Shown here: positions 1 to 9,516 of the stretch, piece by piece
How the letters are laid out: each line of letters begins with the position of its first letter
Numbering within the stretch: position 1 is the stretch's first letter
Origin: a virus
Reading direction: 5' to 3' (one strand)
DNA: 64,000 bases
Virus record (IMG/VR): IMGVR_UViG_3300044979_000004
Span: 25,200-89,199 of that record
Notes under the pieces: generated by a model
Database searches by the model: none
What the model was told of the DNA's origin: nothing
The model's input: the letters and a program-made list of their open reading frames with translations, nothing else
Made by a program: the position numbers and the translations under genes

Positions 1-2
1 GA

Positions 3-362
3 GATGAAAGATTGTACTTTCTCAACTCCTGTGAAGGATTAGAAGAAATCTACAGTGAAATGGAAAAATTTACTGGAACCAGCGACGATGCTCACGATGA
101 TATCATCTCTGCCATCTCTCTTCTGGTAGAACAGTTCGGAGGCTACGCTGACACCGATTCTAGAGTCAACTCTGTCAATCAAGACTACGTGAGTAACTTA
201 CAAGCTCAGGATTTGCATAACCGACTTTATTGCCTAGGTAAATATGCTAGTTTGAATCAGACCGATGACAACCCAGTAACCCAGTTTCAGGTAAATCAGG
301 CCGCAAATGCATTTCCTATTCAAGAGCCTTATGTTGATGTTTTAGGAGATTTGATGTCCTAG
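3..362 (+). CDS. terL: terminase large subunit, C-terminal part (gene starts before the window)
   Basis: Frame is open from the window edge; HDDIISA resembles the HDDxxDA motif at the end of the TerL nuclease domain; lies upstream of the portal. Confidence 0.7.
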   Translation, partial: DERLYFLNSCEGLEEIYSEMEKFTGTSDDAHDDIISAISLLVEQFGGYADTDSRVNSVNQDYVSNLQAQDLHNRLYCLGKYASLNQTDDNPVTQFQVNQAANAFPIQEPYVDVLGDLMS

Positions 363-371
363 GAGGCGGCT

Positions 372-542
372 ATGCCAGATAAGAGCGTTGAAGCTATCAA
401 GAAAGCCGTAATCGCAGATTTCGAAAAACTAGGAACCGGCGAGAAAGTGTACTCCAAAGTCTTCAGCTTGCATATTTTGACAAAGTATGCTACACTGTTG
501 TATAAGCTCTATCAGAAATCGGAGCAGAAAGGAAAGGAATAG
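372..542 (+). CDS. small hypothetical protein (56 aa, MPDKSVEAIKK...)
   Basis: AGGAGG RBS at 361, ATG at 372, TAG at 540-542; below the ORF-track length cutoff. Confidence 0.55.
   Translation: MPDKSVEAIKKAVIADFEKLGTGEKVYSKVFSLHILTKYATLLYKLYQKSEQKGKE
477..506 (+). promoter_or_regulatory. sigma70-type promoter upstream of the GIY-YIG nuclease
   Basis: TTGACA (477-482), 18-nt spacer, TATAAG (501-506) preceded by TG. Confidence 0.5.
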
Positions 543-545
543 TCG

Positions 546-1127
546 ATGCATGTTTACTTGATTCAGAACATTGTGAATGGCAAGTGCTACGTCGGGCAAC
601 ACGCGGGCGATGATTTGGATAAGTATTGGAAACATAACGTCCGAGCCGCACTGGCAGGTCGGGGAAATAAGCTATTTCTATACCGAGCCATCCGTAAATA
701 CGGACCTGAAAATTTCACTATAAGAACGATCCATACCCCTGTAGATGCAGAGGACATGACGCGGGCTGAAATAGCGTATATAAAGTTTTTCGGGACTCAG
801 GATGACGAACTGGGATACAACATTACAGCAGGCGGTCCGGGAAGGCTCGGCACTACAAGCATCTGCTCTTCAGAGACCCGAAAGAAAATGTCTGACACGC
901 GAAAAGGCGTTCCAAAAACAGAAGAATGGGCTAAAGCTATTGGCGATTCTCAAAGAGGCCGCAGTTTAACACCCGAGCACATCGCCGCATTAAAAGCCGG
1001 TCAGAAAGGCTGTAAAAAACCTCCGAGAACGGAAGAGCATAAGAAAAGGCTAAGAGAAAGCAGGGAACGTAACCGACTGGCTAAATTGACGCAGCGGGAG
1101 GAGTATAATGGCAGTGATTCAGCCTGA
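546..1127 (+). CDS. free-standing GIY-YIG homing endonuclease with NUMOD3-like C-terminal repeats
   Basis: N-terminal VYLIQNIVNGKCYVGQ, later GYN motif, C-terminal SETRKKMS...KG and EEHKKRL repeats. Confidence 0.9.
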   Translation: MHVYLIQNIVNGKCYVGQHAGDDLDKYWKHNVRAALAGRGNKLFLYRAIRKYGPENFTIRTIHTPVDAEDMTRAEIAYIKFFGTQDDELGYNITAGGPGRLGTTSICSSETRKKMSDTRKGVPKTEEWAKAIGDSQRGRSLTPEHIAALKAGQKGCKKPPRTEEHKKRLRESRERNRLAKLTQREEYNGSDSA

Positions 1128-3462
1128 CGGCAATAATCAAAATAGGGATTTAACTCCTCTTGATTATAATACAAATGGTGATATCAAAACAGTAGATGCA
1201 ACTACTGCATTAGTAGTAGGATCAGCTACTAGAGCTGAATCATACATCTCATCGAAACAATACTCACTAATGTGGAGAGACTCGGATTTACTCTATCAAT
1301 CACCCCGTCCAATTTCGGTCTTCGAAAACACATATATCCTTTAGAATGAATGACTTGGGGATATTAAAACCTTTTTTAATTGACTTGAACGCTGAAATGC
1401 CAACAAGGCGGAAGCAGGCGAAAGCCGGGCACCGTGAGAGACTAAACAAAGAGGCGCTTTAGAAATAAAGTGATGCGATAGTCCGTTCTCATGGGAACAA
1501 CAACCATGAGAGTTAGACAGAAATGATCTAACTCAATTAGTGATAAAACTAGTTGATAACACATAAAGAGAGCCTAATGTACAAAGATTTACTGTTGCCA
1601 AGGTAGTGAATGCAATCGTCCCACAACTTTACAAGGGATTATTTTACCAAGACCCACCAATGGTACTCCGTCCGCGTCCAGGTACATCACAAAATGTAAC
1701 CGATGCAAAGACGGCGATGATTTCTTATCTACTAGATGAATGCAATTTTCGAGAAGAGACTAAAATTGGTTTGGAACAAATGGCATTTCTTGGTACGGGA
1801 CTTTGGAAGTGGGGAATTACCTACAAGAAGGTAATTACCAAAAAGCGCCAAGCTAGCACCACCAGCATTACATCTTCGACAACGACACCCAATGCTGAAT
1901 CTGCGAATCTGACTATTCCGACGAATGCGCCGCCCAGTATTACCGTATCGGAAAGGTATGTTCCTCGACCTTACCTAGAAAGTAGAGAAATTAGTAAAGT
2001 ACTAGTTGATCCTCATTGCCCGGTCGGTGACATTCGTAGGGCAGATTGGGCAATTGACGTACGATACATGGACTTCTATCAGCTACAAGAGTTGATTAGG
2101 GGAATAGCAACGCTACCAGAGGACCATCCGGATAAGAAAGGATGGATTCTACCTAGCGAGATAGAGTTGAAGGCATGGTTTATGCCTCCTTCTAACGCGG
2201 GGACTCCTGCTCAGTTAGTGTCAGATCAAGCAGCATTGATTCGGGGAGTAGTAAACCACTCAGAAGAGATCAATGTTCAAACTTCTCCAGATTTGCTGTT
2301 TAAGAAACTAGAAGTTCTAGAGTACTGGGATAAGAAGAGAAAAATTCTAGTTATTGATCGTAAAAAGACAATCTATAAAGGAGATAATACTTTCGGAGTT
2401 ATTCCCTTCCTGTCGGCTAATTGGTGGAATCGCCCACGAGCTTTCTATGGCATGGGACTTGGACTTATTGTTGGACAGAACCAAAGAGTAGATCAAGGCA
2501 TAGTAAACGCGTTGCTAAAGATTCTATCTTTCGGAGTGAACCCCATCTATCTCCGGCGCAGAGATGCCAACACACCAACCCAGATGATTCGGACAGGTCT
2601 TGGAAAGATTCTATCTGTTGATGGTGAAGTTGACAAGGCTTACAAACTTCTGGAAACCCCAAAGGTTCCACCCGATGTTTGGAGCGCACTGGCCGAATCA
2701 GAGAAGGCTACCGAAAGTAGCTCAGGCGCAGATGCTCAACTCGTACAAGGATCATCAGCCGGTCCACGAAGTTCTATGGGTCGAACAGCAGGCGGTGCTG
2801 CGCAATTAGGGCAGGCTTCTGCTACAAGGTTAGACGGGCCGCTTGACAATTTTATTGAACAGGTTTTCAAACCCTGGATGTACATTCTAGATGGTCTTGT
2901 ATTTGAGTATTTCTCAGATCAAGAAATCTTCACCATCCTTGGTGAGGAGATGGGCAAGGACTTCGAAGTCGATCTACAGGCTTACCATGACTCTGTAATT
3001 GAGTATGAAACGCTGGCAGGCGCAAGTCTAGCAGCGAAGAGAACCATGAGCCAATCAATGACCTTGATTACTCAGATTTTCGAAAACCCAAACATTCAAG
3101 AGAACCTAGCTGACATCAACGAAGAGTATGTTGACTTCAAGCGCATCCTCAAGATGTGGATGGAATCAACCGAGTGGAAGGACTTCAACGATATCGTCAA
3201 GCCAATGACGCAACAGATGAAGGACAAGCGACAAGCCAAGTCGCAAGCCGCTCAGCAACAATCAAAACTAGCATCGCAACAGCAAATCAGCCAACAGAAC
3301 TTCGGACAGAAGCAGCAGCTACAACAAGAAGCCGCTCAGCAACGAATTCAGAAGGACTTGATTGTTGGGTCGTTCTTGAACTCCTCTAAATCAGAGGCAG
3401 AGACAGGAACACCAAATGCAACCGGCGAGGGTGGAGCAGATCAACAGCCCGCTGAACTATAG
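1108..3462 (+). CDS. portal protein, join(1108..1340,1569..3462), about 708 aa, split by a group I intron
   Basis: Position between terL and scaffold/capsid; P22-like portal features including a Gln-rich C-terminal coiled coil; removing 1341-1568 joins ...ENTYI-L(CT/A)-EPNVQRFTVAKVVNAIVP in frame. Confidence 0.85.
1341..1568 (+). ncRNA. group I self-splicing intron without internal ORF (228 nt)
   Basis: P1 pairs exon ATATCCU(1340) with GGGATAT (1358-1364), with U-G at the splice site. P3 CCTTTTT/AAAGAGG; P7 GACTA (1440)/TAGTC (1479) in GAGAGACTAAA and GCGATAGTCC contexts; P8 and P9 hairpins; terminal G1568 restores the frame. Confidence 0.9.
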
Positions 3463-3527
3463 AAAAGTAACCGAACGGTTACAAATTAGAAAGTAACCGT
3501 TCGGTATCATCTCACTTAGGAGGATAA

Positions 3528-3899
3528 GTGGATATCGAAAAAAAGTATGAACCTGAGATGGAACTGAAGCCAAAGGAGATTGCGGATCTAGCAGCCATCG
3601 TCAGGCATCCTGGTTTCGCGGTAATCCAAAAGATTTCACGCTGTATGGTGGATCATTTTGTTCTAGCCTGGATCAATGCCAAGTCGGATACAGAAGTCCT
3701 CATAGCACACAAGAAAGCACAAGTGGCTGCACAATTTTACGAAGGACAGATCGCACGCATCAGCGAAGAAATTGCTAATTACGGAATGTTGGTAAACACC
3801 GACAATCAAACACCACTGGATGTAACAGAAGTACTGGAGATGGGAGAGTCTGTAGATTACAGCAACCAACTTGGTATAGCGGAAGAGGAGCCGTTTTAA
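3528..3899 (+). CDS. hypothetical head-assembly protein between portal and scaffold
   Basis: AGGAGG RBS, GTG start, position typical of P22/N4-like head modules. Confidence 0.6.
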   Translation: MDIEKKYEPEMELKPKEIADLAAIVRHPGFAVIQKISRCMVDHFVLAWINAKSDTEVLIAHKKAQVAAQFYEGQIARISEEIANYGMLVNTDNQTPLDVTEVLEMGESVDYSNQLGIAEEEPF

Positions 3900-3902
3900 C
3901 CC

Positions 3903-4949
3903 ATGAGTGAAAATGCCATTGAAGAAGTAACAGTTCAGGAAATTATTCCTGTTGAACTACCAGAGCAGAGATACGAATTTCAGCCTGTTGATGATGAGGG
4001 AAGGCCCATCGGCGGACGCCAAGTAATCAAATACAGAACAAATGACGAGCTACGTGATCAACTTGTTAATCAGAACACCCTTCTGATTCGCAAGCTTCGC
4101 AAAGAGACTCGCAACAATCGCCTAGGCATTTCAGCAAAGGATGAGATTCCTGAAGATGCGCCAAAGTATACCGGGCCTATCGAATTCAAGCCGCGTGTAA
4201 TTGGCGACGATGAGCGCTATGACATTTCTAGACGCCTCCTCGATCCTAGCACCGCAATGGACGCAACAGCACAACTTCTAGAAGCTCAGCTTGGTGCTCC
4301 CCTATCCACGTTGGGACAGACTCTATCTGATATCCAGACCGAGAACCTGAAGCTACGCGCTAGAGTAGAAGTCAATGCATTTATGCAAGACAACCCAGAC
4401 TATTATAAGTGTGGAGAGAACTTCGAAGCAATTACATCATGGATGCTACGCTACGATCTAGCTCCAGTGAAGGCTAACTTTCAGAAGGCATACGACACTT
4501 TGAAGAGTGTTGGAGCACTAGTTGAAGGTCCGAGAGTGGAAATTCAAGCACCCGTACAGGCCCCACAGACCGTACAGGCGCTTCAGCCTGTAGTCGAGGA
4601 GATTGAGAGACAGGAGATTCCGGTAGAGCCTGTTGCAGCTCCGCCAGTGACGCCTGTAGTGCGCGTCCCCTCTGGTCTGACTCGTGACAATAGTTCTGAA
4701 ATTGGACCCGTACAAGCACCTGGAAGTGATATCGTCTACGAGGCGACGTTTGGCGGAGAGATTAAGAAAGTCAACGGAGTCGAGACGGTAGTTGGCGGTC
4801 AAAAGAGAGTATTCACAGGCGCGGCTGCTATTGATGCTATGCCTGGAGAGGAATACAAGAGACGCCTGCTGCATGAGCCGGGATTTGCCAAAAAGGTACA
4901 AGCCCTAGACGAAGCTGCTCTGGCCGCAAGACGCGCCAAGAGGCAGTAA
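3903..4949 (+). CDS. probable capsid scaffolding protein
   Basis: Acidic, helical and Pro-rich; located upstream of the major capsid gene. Confidence 0.6.
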   Translation: MSENAIEEVTVQEIIPVELPEQRYEFQPVDDEGRPIGGRQVIKYRTNDELRDQLVNQNTLLIRKLRKETRNNRLGISAKDEIPEDAPKYTGPIEFKPRVIGDDERYDISRRLLDPSTAMDATAQLLEAQLGAPLSTLGQTLSDIQTENLKLRARVEVNAFMQDNPDYYKCGENFEAITSWMLRYDLAPVKANFQKAYDTLKSVGALVEGPRVEIQAPVQAPQTVQALQPVVEEIERQEIPVEPVAAPPVTPVVRVPSGLTRDNSSEIGPVQAPGSDIVYEATFGGEIKKVNGVETVVGGQKRVFTGAAAIDAMPGEEYKRRLLHEPGFAKKVQALDEAALAARRAKRQ

Positions 4950-5377
4950 TGGTTATCTTGCGCAAAGCTGTAGATGATGATATTCAGGGCATTTGGGATT
5001 TGAATGCTCTGATCAGGCCGAGAGAGCCTATAACCACTTTGAAAGCGGTGTTTTCACAGCCTGAAACTGTTGCGTGGGTTATGATCGACAATTTTAGAGT
5101 TGTTGGGGCTTTAGTGGGAAAAACAAAATTTTCCCTACCGTACATTCATTCCATCGCCGTTGAGCCTTCATATAGGAGACAAAGATGGGCGTCCAAGTTA
5201 GTAAATGAGTTTGAACTACACTTTAGCCGAAAAGGTAAAGGAAATTATTGGCTTCAAGTAAGACACGACAATCCGGCACAAAAGCTGTACTTCGATTTAG
5301 GGTACAGAGTCGAGAGTGTTGATGAGAATTTTTATGGTCCGGAGTTGCATGGTTTATGCATGTACAAAAGGCCATAG
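4949..5377 (+). CDS. GNAT (RimI-like) acetyltransferase
   Basis: IHSIAVEPSYRRQRWASKLV (motif A) and LQVRHDNPAQKLYFDLGY (motif B). Confidence 0.85.
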   Translation: MVILRKAVDDDIQGIWDLNALIRPREPITTLKAVFSQPETVAWVMIDNFRVVGALVGKTKFSLPYIHSIAVEPSYRRQRWASKLVNEFELHFSRKGKGNYWLQVRHDNPAQKLYFDLGYRVESVDENFYGPELHGLCMYKRP

Positions 5378-5421
5378 CGTATTAAATACGCGCCTTTAGT
5401 TTGGCCGCGTATTGTTTACGC
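5377..5421. promoter_or_regulatory. tandem 15-bp dyad sites (GCGTATTAAATACGC and GCGTATTGTTTACGC)
   Basis: Two palindromes 30 bp apart upstream of the capsid gene; the motif recurs elsewhere in the window. Confidence 0.6.
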
Positions 5422-5431
5422 ATGTACTATT

Positions 5432-5600
5432 TGGCATTCGCAGTCGGATTACTGTAGAGCCACCAACTAGCGTGAGGCAACTTCGGTTGAAGTCTTAACT
5501 GAAGTCAGAGAAACCACAGTCGGATTACTGTGTGAGTAGCTGACGCATAAGGACAGGAATTTCTAGGCATTGGAGGATGCAATAGAAGCTTCCCTAATCA
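5432..5600 (+). ncRNA. structured 5' leader of the major capsid gene with duplicated CAGT-CGGATT-ACTG hairpins
   Basis: Identical hairpins at 5441 and 5517, plus stems ACTTCGGTTGA/TTAACTGAAGT, GTCAG/CTGAC and TTTCTA/TAGAAG. Confidence 0.5.
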
Positions 5601-5615
5601 ATAAGGATAACTACT

Positions 5616-6650
5616 ATGGCTGGCTACAGTCCGTCTAGCAATCAACAGTCTAATTTGCCTCAGTCAACGGTTCGTTACTACGACAAAAAGTTTCGTGAGA
5701 ACCTTAAGGCACAGACCCCATTCGTGGCATGTTCAGAGCGTCTTGACCTGCCTATGAAGTCAGGTAACCAGTACGAGATGTTCATGTACGTTCCTCTTGC
5801 GGCTAACACCGTACAGACTTTGGAAGGTACAGTAGGTTCGGGTATTTCAGTACAGGTTCTAACCACAACTGCAACCATCGGTGAATACGCTGATTACGCA
5901 AACTTCTCAAGTCTGTCACTTGCTACCGCAATTGACAACACTGTCGAGAACGTTGCGCGTGAGCTTGCTTACCGCCTTGGTGAGTCTCTAAGCGCCCTTG
6001 TCCGTGCAACCGCTGACGGTGCAAACGCTGTTGACTCAAGCGTGCTGACACAGCTTGGCGCTTCAAGCTTGACTTCATTCACAACTTTGAGTCTTAACCA
6101 GATTCGTAACTCTGTCCAGAGTCTTGCTGGCCGTTCGGTTCGTCCGTTCGACGAAGCTTCAAAGACATTCTGCGGAGTTATTCACCCATTTGCGCTAGGC
6201 GACGTTCTTGCAGATCAGAGCAACGACTCACCTATCGACATTCTGAAGCACACCCCAGTGGGTCTTGCTCGTATGGAAGACTTGCTATCAACCGATCTAG
6301 CAGAAATGATCGAGCTTCCAAGCTCCGGTGTACGTTTCTTCCAGACAAACCAGGTTACTCAGACTACCAACTACAAGGGCGTAACGGGTCTAACGGCTCT
6401 ACGTACCTACATCTTTGGTCGTGACGGCATCTTCAGCATTAAGCTTGGTGCGCAGGGTGACACTGGCTTCGGTGACGGAGAGTGGCAGAACATCAAGTGC
6501 AACATTGTTCAGAATGCTGAGCCAACTGTTGCTGATCCTGAAGGTCTAATCCCCGGATGGACTAGCTACAAGGTTCACTTCACAACTTCGCTTGGACCTG
6601 ATACTACCATCCGTATCCGCGAAATCGACGCTGCATCTGCGATTAGCTAA
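5616..6650 (+). CDS. major capsid protein (N4 gp56-like, HK97 fold)
   Basis: 344 aa; TIGEYADY and C-terminal ADPxG...GW segments typical of this family; follows the scaffold and is followed by a terminator. Confidence 0.85.
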   Translation: MAGYSPSSNQQSNLPQSTVRYYDKKFRENLKAQTPFVACSERLDLPMKSGNQYEMFMYVPLAANTVQTLEGTVGSGISVQVLTTTATIGEYADYANFSSLSLATAIDNTVENVARELAYRLGESLSALVRATADGANAVDSSVLTQLGASSLTSFTTLSLNQIRNSVQSLAGRSVRPFDEASKTFCGVIHPFALGDVLADQSNDSPIDILKHTPVGLARMEDLLSTDLAEMIELPSSGVRFFQTNQVTQTTNYKGVTGLTALRTYIFGRDGIFSIKLGAQGDTGFGDGEWQNIKCNIVQNAEPTVADPEGLIPGWTSYKVHFTTSLGPDTTIRIREIDAASAIS

Positions 6651-6662
6651 GATGCGCTAGCA

Positions 6663-6690
6663 TAGGGGAGCCTAAAAACTCCCCTAATTT
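6663..6690 (+). terminator. intrinsic terminator after the major capsid gene
   Basis: TAGGGGAG/CTCCCCTA stem followed by a short T run. Confidence 0.6.
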
Positions 6691-6712
6691 AGCTAATTAA
6701 GGAGAAAACAGA

Positions 6713-7198
6713 ATGTCTCAATTTAATTACGTTGGATCAGGTAACCCCACCAATGTGCCAGCACCGGGTTCAGAAGTCGCTAACTATTTGGACACTCTGA
6801 ATGATGCGTTGTGGTTCAGCACTGGAAGCGGTTGGGTTCCAAATTCACTGGCAGCGACGAAAAGTGCGCTACTATCTCAGACGGCTGCAACACAGGCCAA
6901 TGTTCTAACCTTCTCGGCCCCTAAGACGGGTATGTACCGCATCGACACTTATGCGGTGCAGATCGGAGCAACAGGCGGAACCCTTCCGTCAACCGCAGTA
7001 GCATACACTGAGGGTGATTCGGGTGCAACCGAGACTGGGCTTGCTGTTCAGACAACTGGGACCGGAACCAACAACGGCGACAACAAGAGTGGTTCAGTTA
7101 TCATCAACGCTAAAGGAGGAACCAACATCGTTGTCTCATCGGCCTCTGCCGCTACACTTACCTACACACTTAAAGCGCGTGTAGAATTCTTGGGATAA
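6713..7198 (+). CDS. probable capsid decoration / virion protein
   Basis: Gly/Thr/Ser-rich beta-type protein directly after the capsid gene; strong RBS. Confidence 0.55.
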   Translation: MSQFNYVGSGNPTNVPAPGSEVANYLDTLNDALWFSTGSGWVPNSLAATKSALLSQTAATQANVLTFSAPKTGMYRIDTYAVQIGATGGTLPSTAVAYTEGDSGATETGLAVQTTGTGTNNGDNKSGSVIINAKGGTNIVVSSASAATLTYTLKARVEFLG

Positions 7199-7225
7199 TA
7201 CCCAAACTAATAGGAGAAATCAAAC

Positions 7226-8380
7226 ATGGCTTATCAAGCTACTACGGGTTTGGGAGTTGCCGCTAAGATCGTATCTCCGGGTAATGTGTCTGCAAAGACC
7301 GTTAACGGATATAACGAGATTGTGCTTTCACTTAGCGGAGCAAACGGACCTACAACATTTCAGCTAATCCCGCAACTTCAGGATGTCGCTGGAAATGAAA
7401 TCATTGCTGGTACTGCGTTTACCTTGTCGGCAGTTGCGGCCTCGTCTCCTGGTGCCCTCACCCTTACAGGTGTAGCTGCATCAGCCAATGGGACGGCGGT
7501 ATATAGCGGAACCATCACAGGCGGTGGATCGAATGCATACGTGGGGTACTCATTCACGATTGCTGGATTTACTAATTCTGTGAACAACGGCGTATTCATT
7601 TGCACAGCAAGCACTGGAAGCGCACTGACACTTGAGAACCTTGTAGCTGTTGCGGAAACGCACGCTGCTACAGCGACCCCCCTAGAGGGCACTGCTGTAT
7701 ATACAGGCACAATCACTGGCGCTGGTACCGCTCTAACCCTAACGGGAGTGGCAGCATCATCTGGTGGGAATGCAGTTTACAGCGGAACCATCACAGGTGG
7801 TGCAAGCAACGGTCTAGTAAATCAGATTTTTGCTGTCACTGGCTTTACGAATTCTGCTAACAACGGAACATTCGTTGCGGTTGCAAGTTCTGCAAGCACA
7901 CTGACACTTAACAACGTGGCTGCGGTTGCTGAGACTCACGCAGGCACGGCCACTACAACATACGCTGGTCTAACTTTCACGGTTACCGGGTTTGCTGCTG
8001 CCAATAACAATGGAACATTCATTGCTACTGCGTCAACATCAACTACCCTGACTCTTGAGAATCCAGCAGCTACCGCTGTGACAGCAGCCGGTACTGCTAC
8101 GACTCAGGAAATCGAGGGTGGTAACGATTTGACCTACGTTGAGTATGGGTTCAAGACACTGACTGGGAACACCTATCAGCCTTCTGGAACACCTACACAG
8201 ATCGTCACAGTGTCCCCAACGGGTCTTGTGACTGCCGTGGCAAAGGGTGAAGGTCAAGTTGAGACTTCGTATCCTACATTCGATAACTCGATTGGGGACG
8301 TGGTTTCACCGGGCAACATCATGAATGGGCTGCCAATCAACAAGATTTACGCAGAAAATCGCGTTGTCGTGCTGATCTAA
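7226..8380 (+). CDS. virion surface protein: Ig-like (Big_2-like) domain with three nested beta-repeats
   Basis: C-terminal IVTVSPTGLVTAVAKGEGQV is Big_2-like; three copies of an approximately 76-aa repeat. Confidence 0.65.
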   Translation: MAYQATTGLGVAAKIVSPGNVSAKTVNGYNEIVLSLSGANGPTTFQLIPQLQDVAGNEIIAGTAFTLSAVAASSPGALTLTGVAASANGTAVYSGTITGGGSNAYVGYSFTIAGFTNSVNNGVFICTASTGSALTLENLVAVAETHAATATPLEGTAVYTGTITGAGTALTLTGVAASSGGNAVYSGTITGGASNGLVNQIFAVTGFTNSANNGTFVAVASSASTLTLNNVAAVAETHAGTATTTYAGLTFTVTGFAAANNNGTFIATASTSTTLTLENPAATAVTAAGTATTQEIEGGNDLTYVEYGFKTLTGNTYQPSGTPTQIVTVSPTGLVTAVAKGEGQVETSYPTFDNSIGDVVSPGNIMNGLPINKIYAENRVVVLI

Positions 8381-8394
8381 CACAAGGAGAACCA

Positions 8395-8688
8395 ATGGAA
8401 CACGAGGAAGAGGAGCTTCTGGTTTCAGTTCTACGTAGGAACAATCGAGTACGGCGCGGAGTTGAACGTAAACTGCGCCGTATTCTAGAAGATCAACGCA
8501 ATCGTCTGGACTTGATGTTTACAGCCCTCTGCGATGCGGATACAACAGCACAGGATGCGATTCAAGAAATCTGGGAGCGCGGTGGTTTAAATTGCAGCCC
8601 AGATGATGTTCAATCGATCATCGACTTGACAGTAGAGGCCCTACACGCTCTTAAGTCAAACACCCGCAATGCAGAATCGCAATCTTAA
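8395..8688 (+). CDS. hypothetical protein
   Basis: AGGAG RBS, 97-aa ORF within the operon. Confidence 0.6.
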   Translation: MEHEEEELLVSVLRRNNRVRRGVERKLRRILEDQRNRLDLMFTALCDADTTAQDAIQEIWERGGLNCSPDDVQSIIDLTVEALHALKSNTRNAESQS

Positions 8689-8859
8689 AAGTTTCTCTTC
8701 ATATGGATTCCGTGAATGGTGGATTACTGGAAACGGAAGAAATATGGAGTACTTGTAATCAGTTAGGCAGGCCAGCCGCTTGATTACACCCCTACCGATT
8801 GAGAGTCATGGACTTCGGCGGGATGGGGACACGTTATTAGCATTCGTTAGAGGAGAACG

Positions 8860-9516
8860 ATGCCTACAGCACAGGAAATACAAGCAACTCAGGGAACACG
8901 CCTAAGTGAGACTAACCCATGGGACAGCTACGGCGACGAACTCGGAGTGAAGATGACGCCGGAACTCGCATCAGCAGTCGATGCCTACTCGCAGAAACGT
9001 TGGCAGAAAGACAAGGTTGGCTCTGAAACTCAGGAAGTCCTTGCCGAACAGAGAGAAATGAATGATGAGTTGGCTCAGCAATATCAATGGTTGACCAAAG
9101 AGGAATACGCTAACCAAGAAGCCAGAGTGGGGACCGTACTAGACTACGCATCTTTCATACAGAAACTACGCAGTATAGGGCTAGTGTGCCATTACCGTCA
9201 GCATCCGCACCATGACAAGGCGATTTTGTACATCTCTAGAAATGGACTGTCCGAGCCTGAACTTGCCTGTTGGGCGCAGATAAATGGACCTATGCCTGAG
9301 CTTTCTATGTTTAATTTTGATGACCACGGCGTTCCTTTGGCCGAGAAAAGACGCGGCTGGAGAACATGCTTACTTCAAATAATCCTAAAAGGGTTCATAA
9401 CTGAGGAAGTAGCAAACAAGTTGTTTGGGAAGCCTCGACTGACCAAAGAATTTGACAGATATAACTCAACGTTGTACGGGTTTAGAAATCGCGGAAAGGG
9501 ATGGGATGCCGAGTAA
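8860..9516 (+). CDS. hypothetical protein in the morphogenesis module
   Basis: GAGGAG RBS, 218 aa, preceded by a structured intergenic region. Confidence 0.65.
   Translation: MPTAQEIQATQGTRLSETNPWDSYGDELGVKMTPELASAVDAYSQKRWQKDKVGSETQEVLAEQREMNDELAQQYQWLTKEEYANQEARVGTVLDYASFIQKLRSIGLVCHYRQHPHHDKAILYISRNGLSEPELACWAQINGPMPELSMFNFDDHGVPLAEKRRGWRTCLLQIILKGFITEEVANKLFGKPRLTKEFDRYNSTLYGFRNRGKGWDAE

Noticed and set aside
1342-1344. TAG read-through or stop-codon reassignment in the portal gene
   Set aside because: The gap contains further stops and folds as a group I intron; TAG ends other genes normally and no suppressor tRNA is present.
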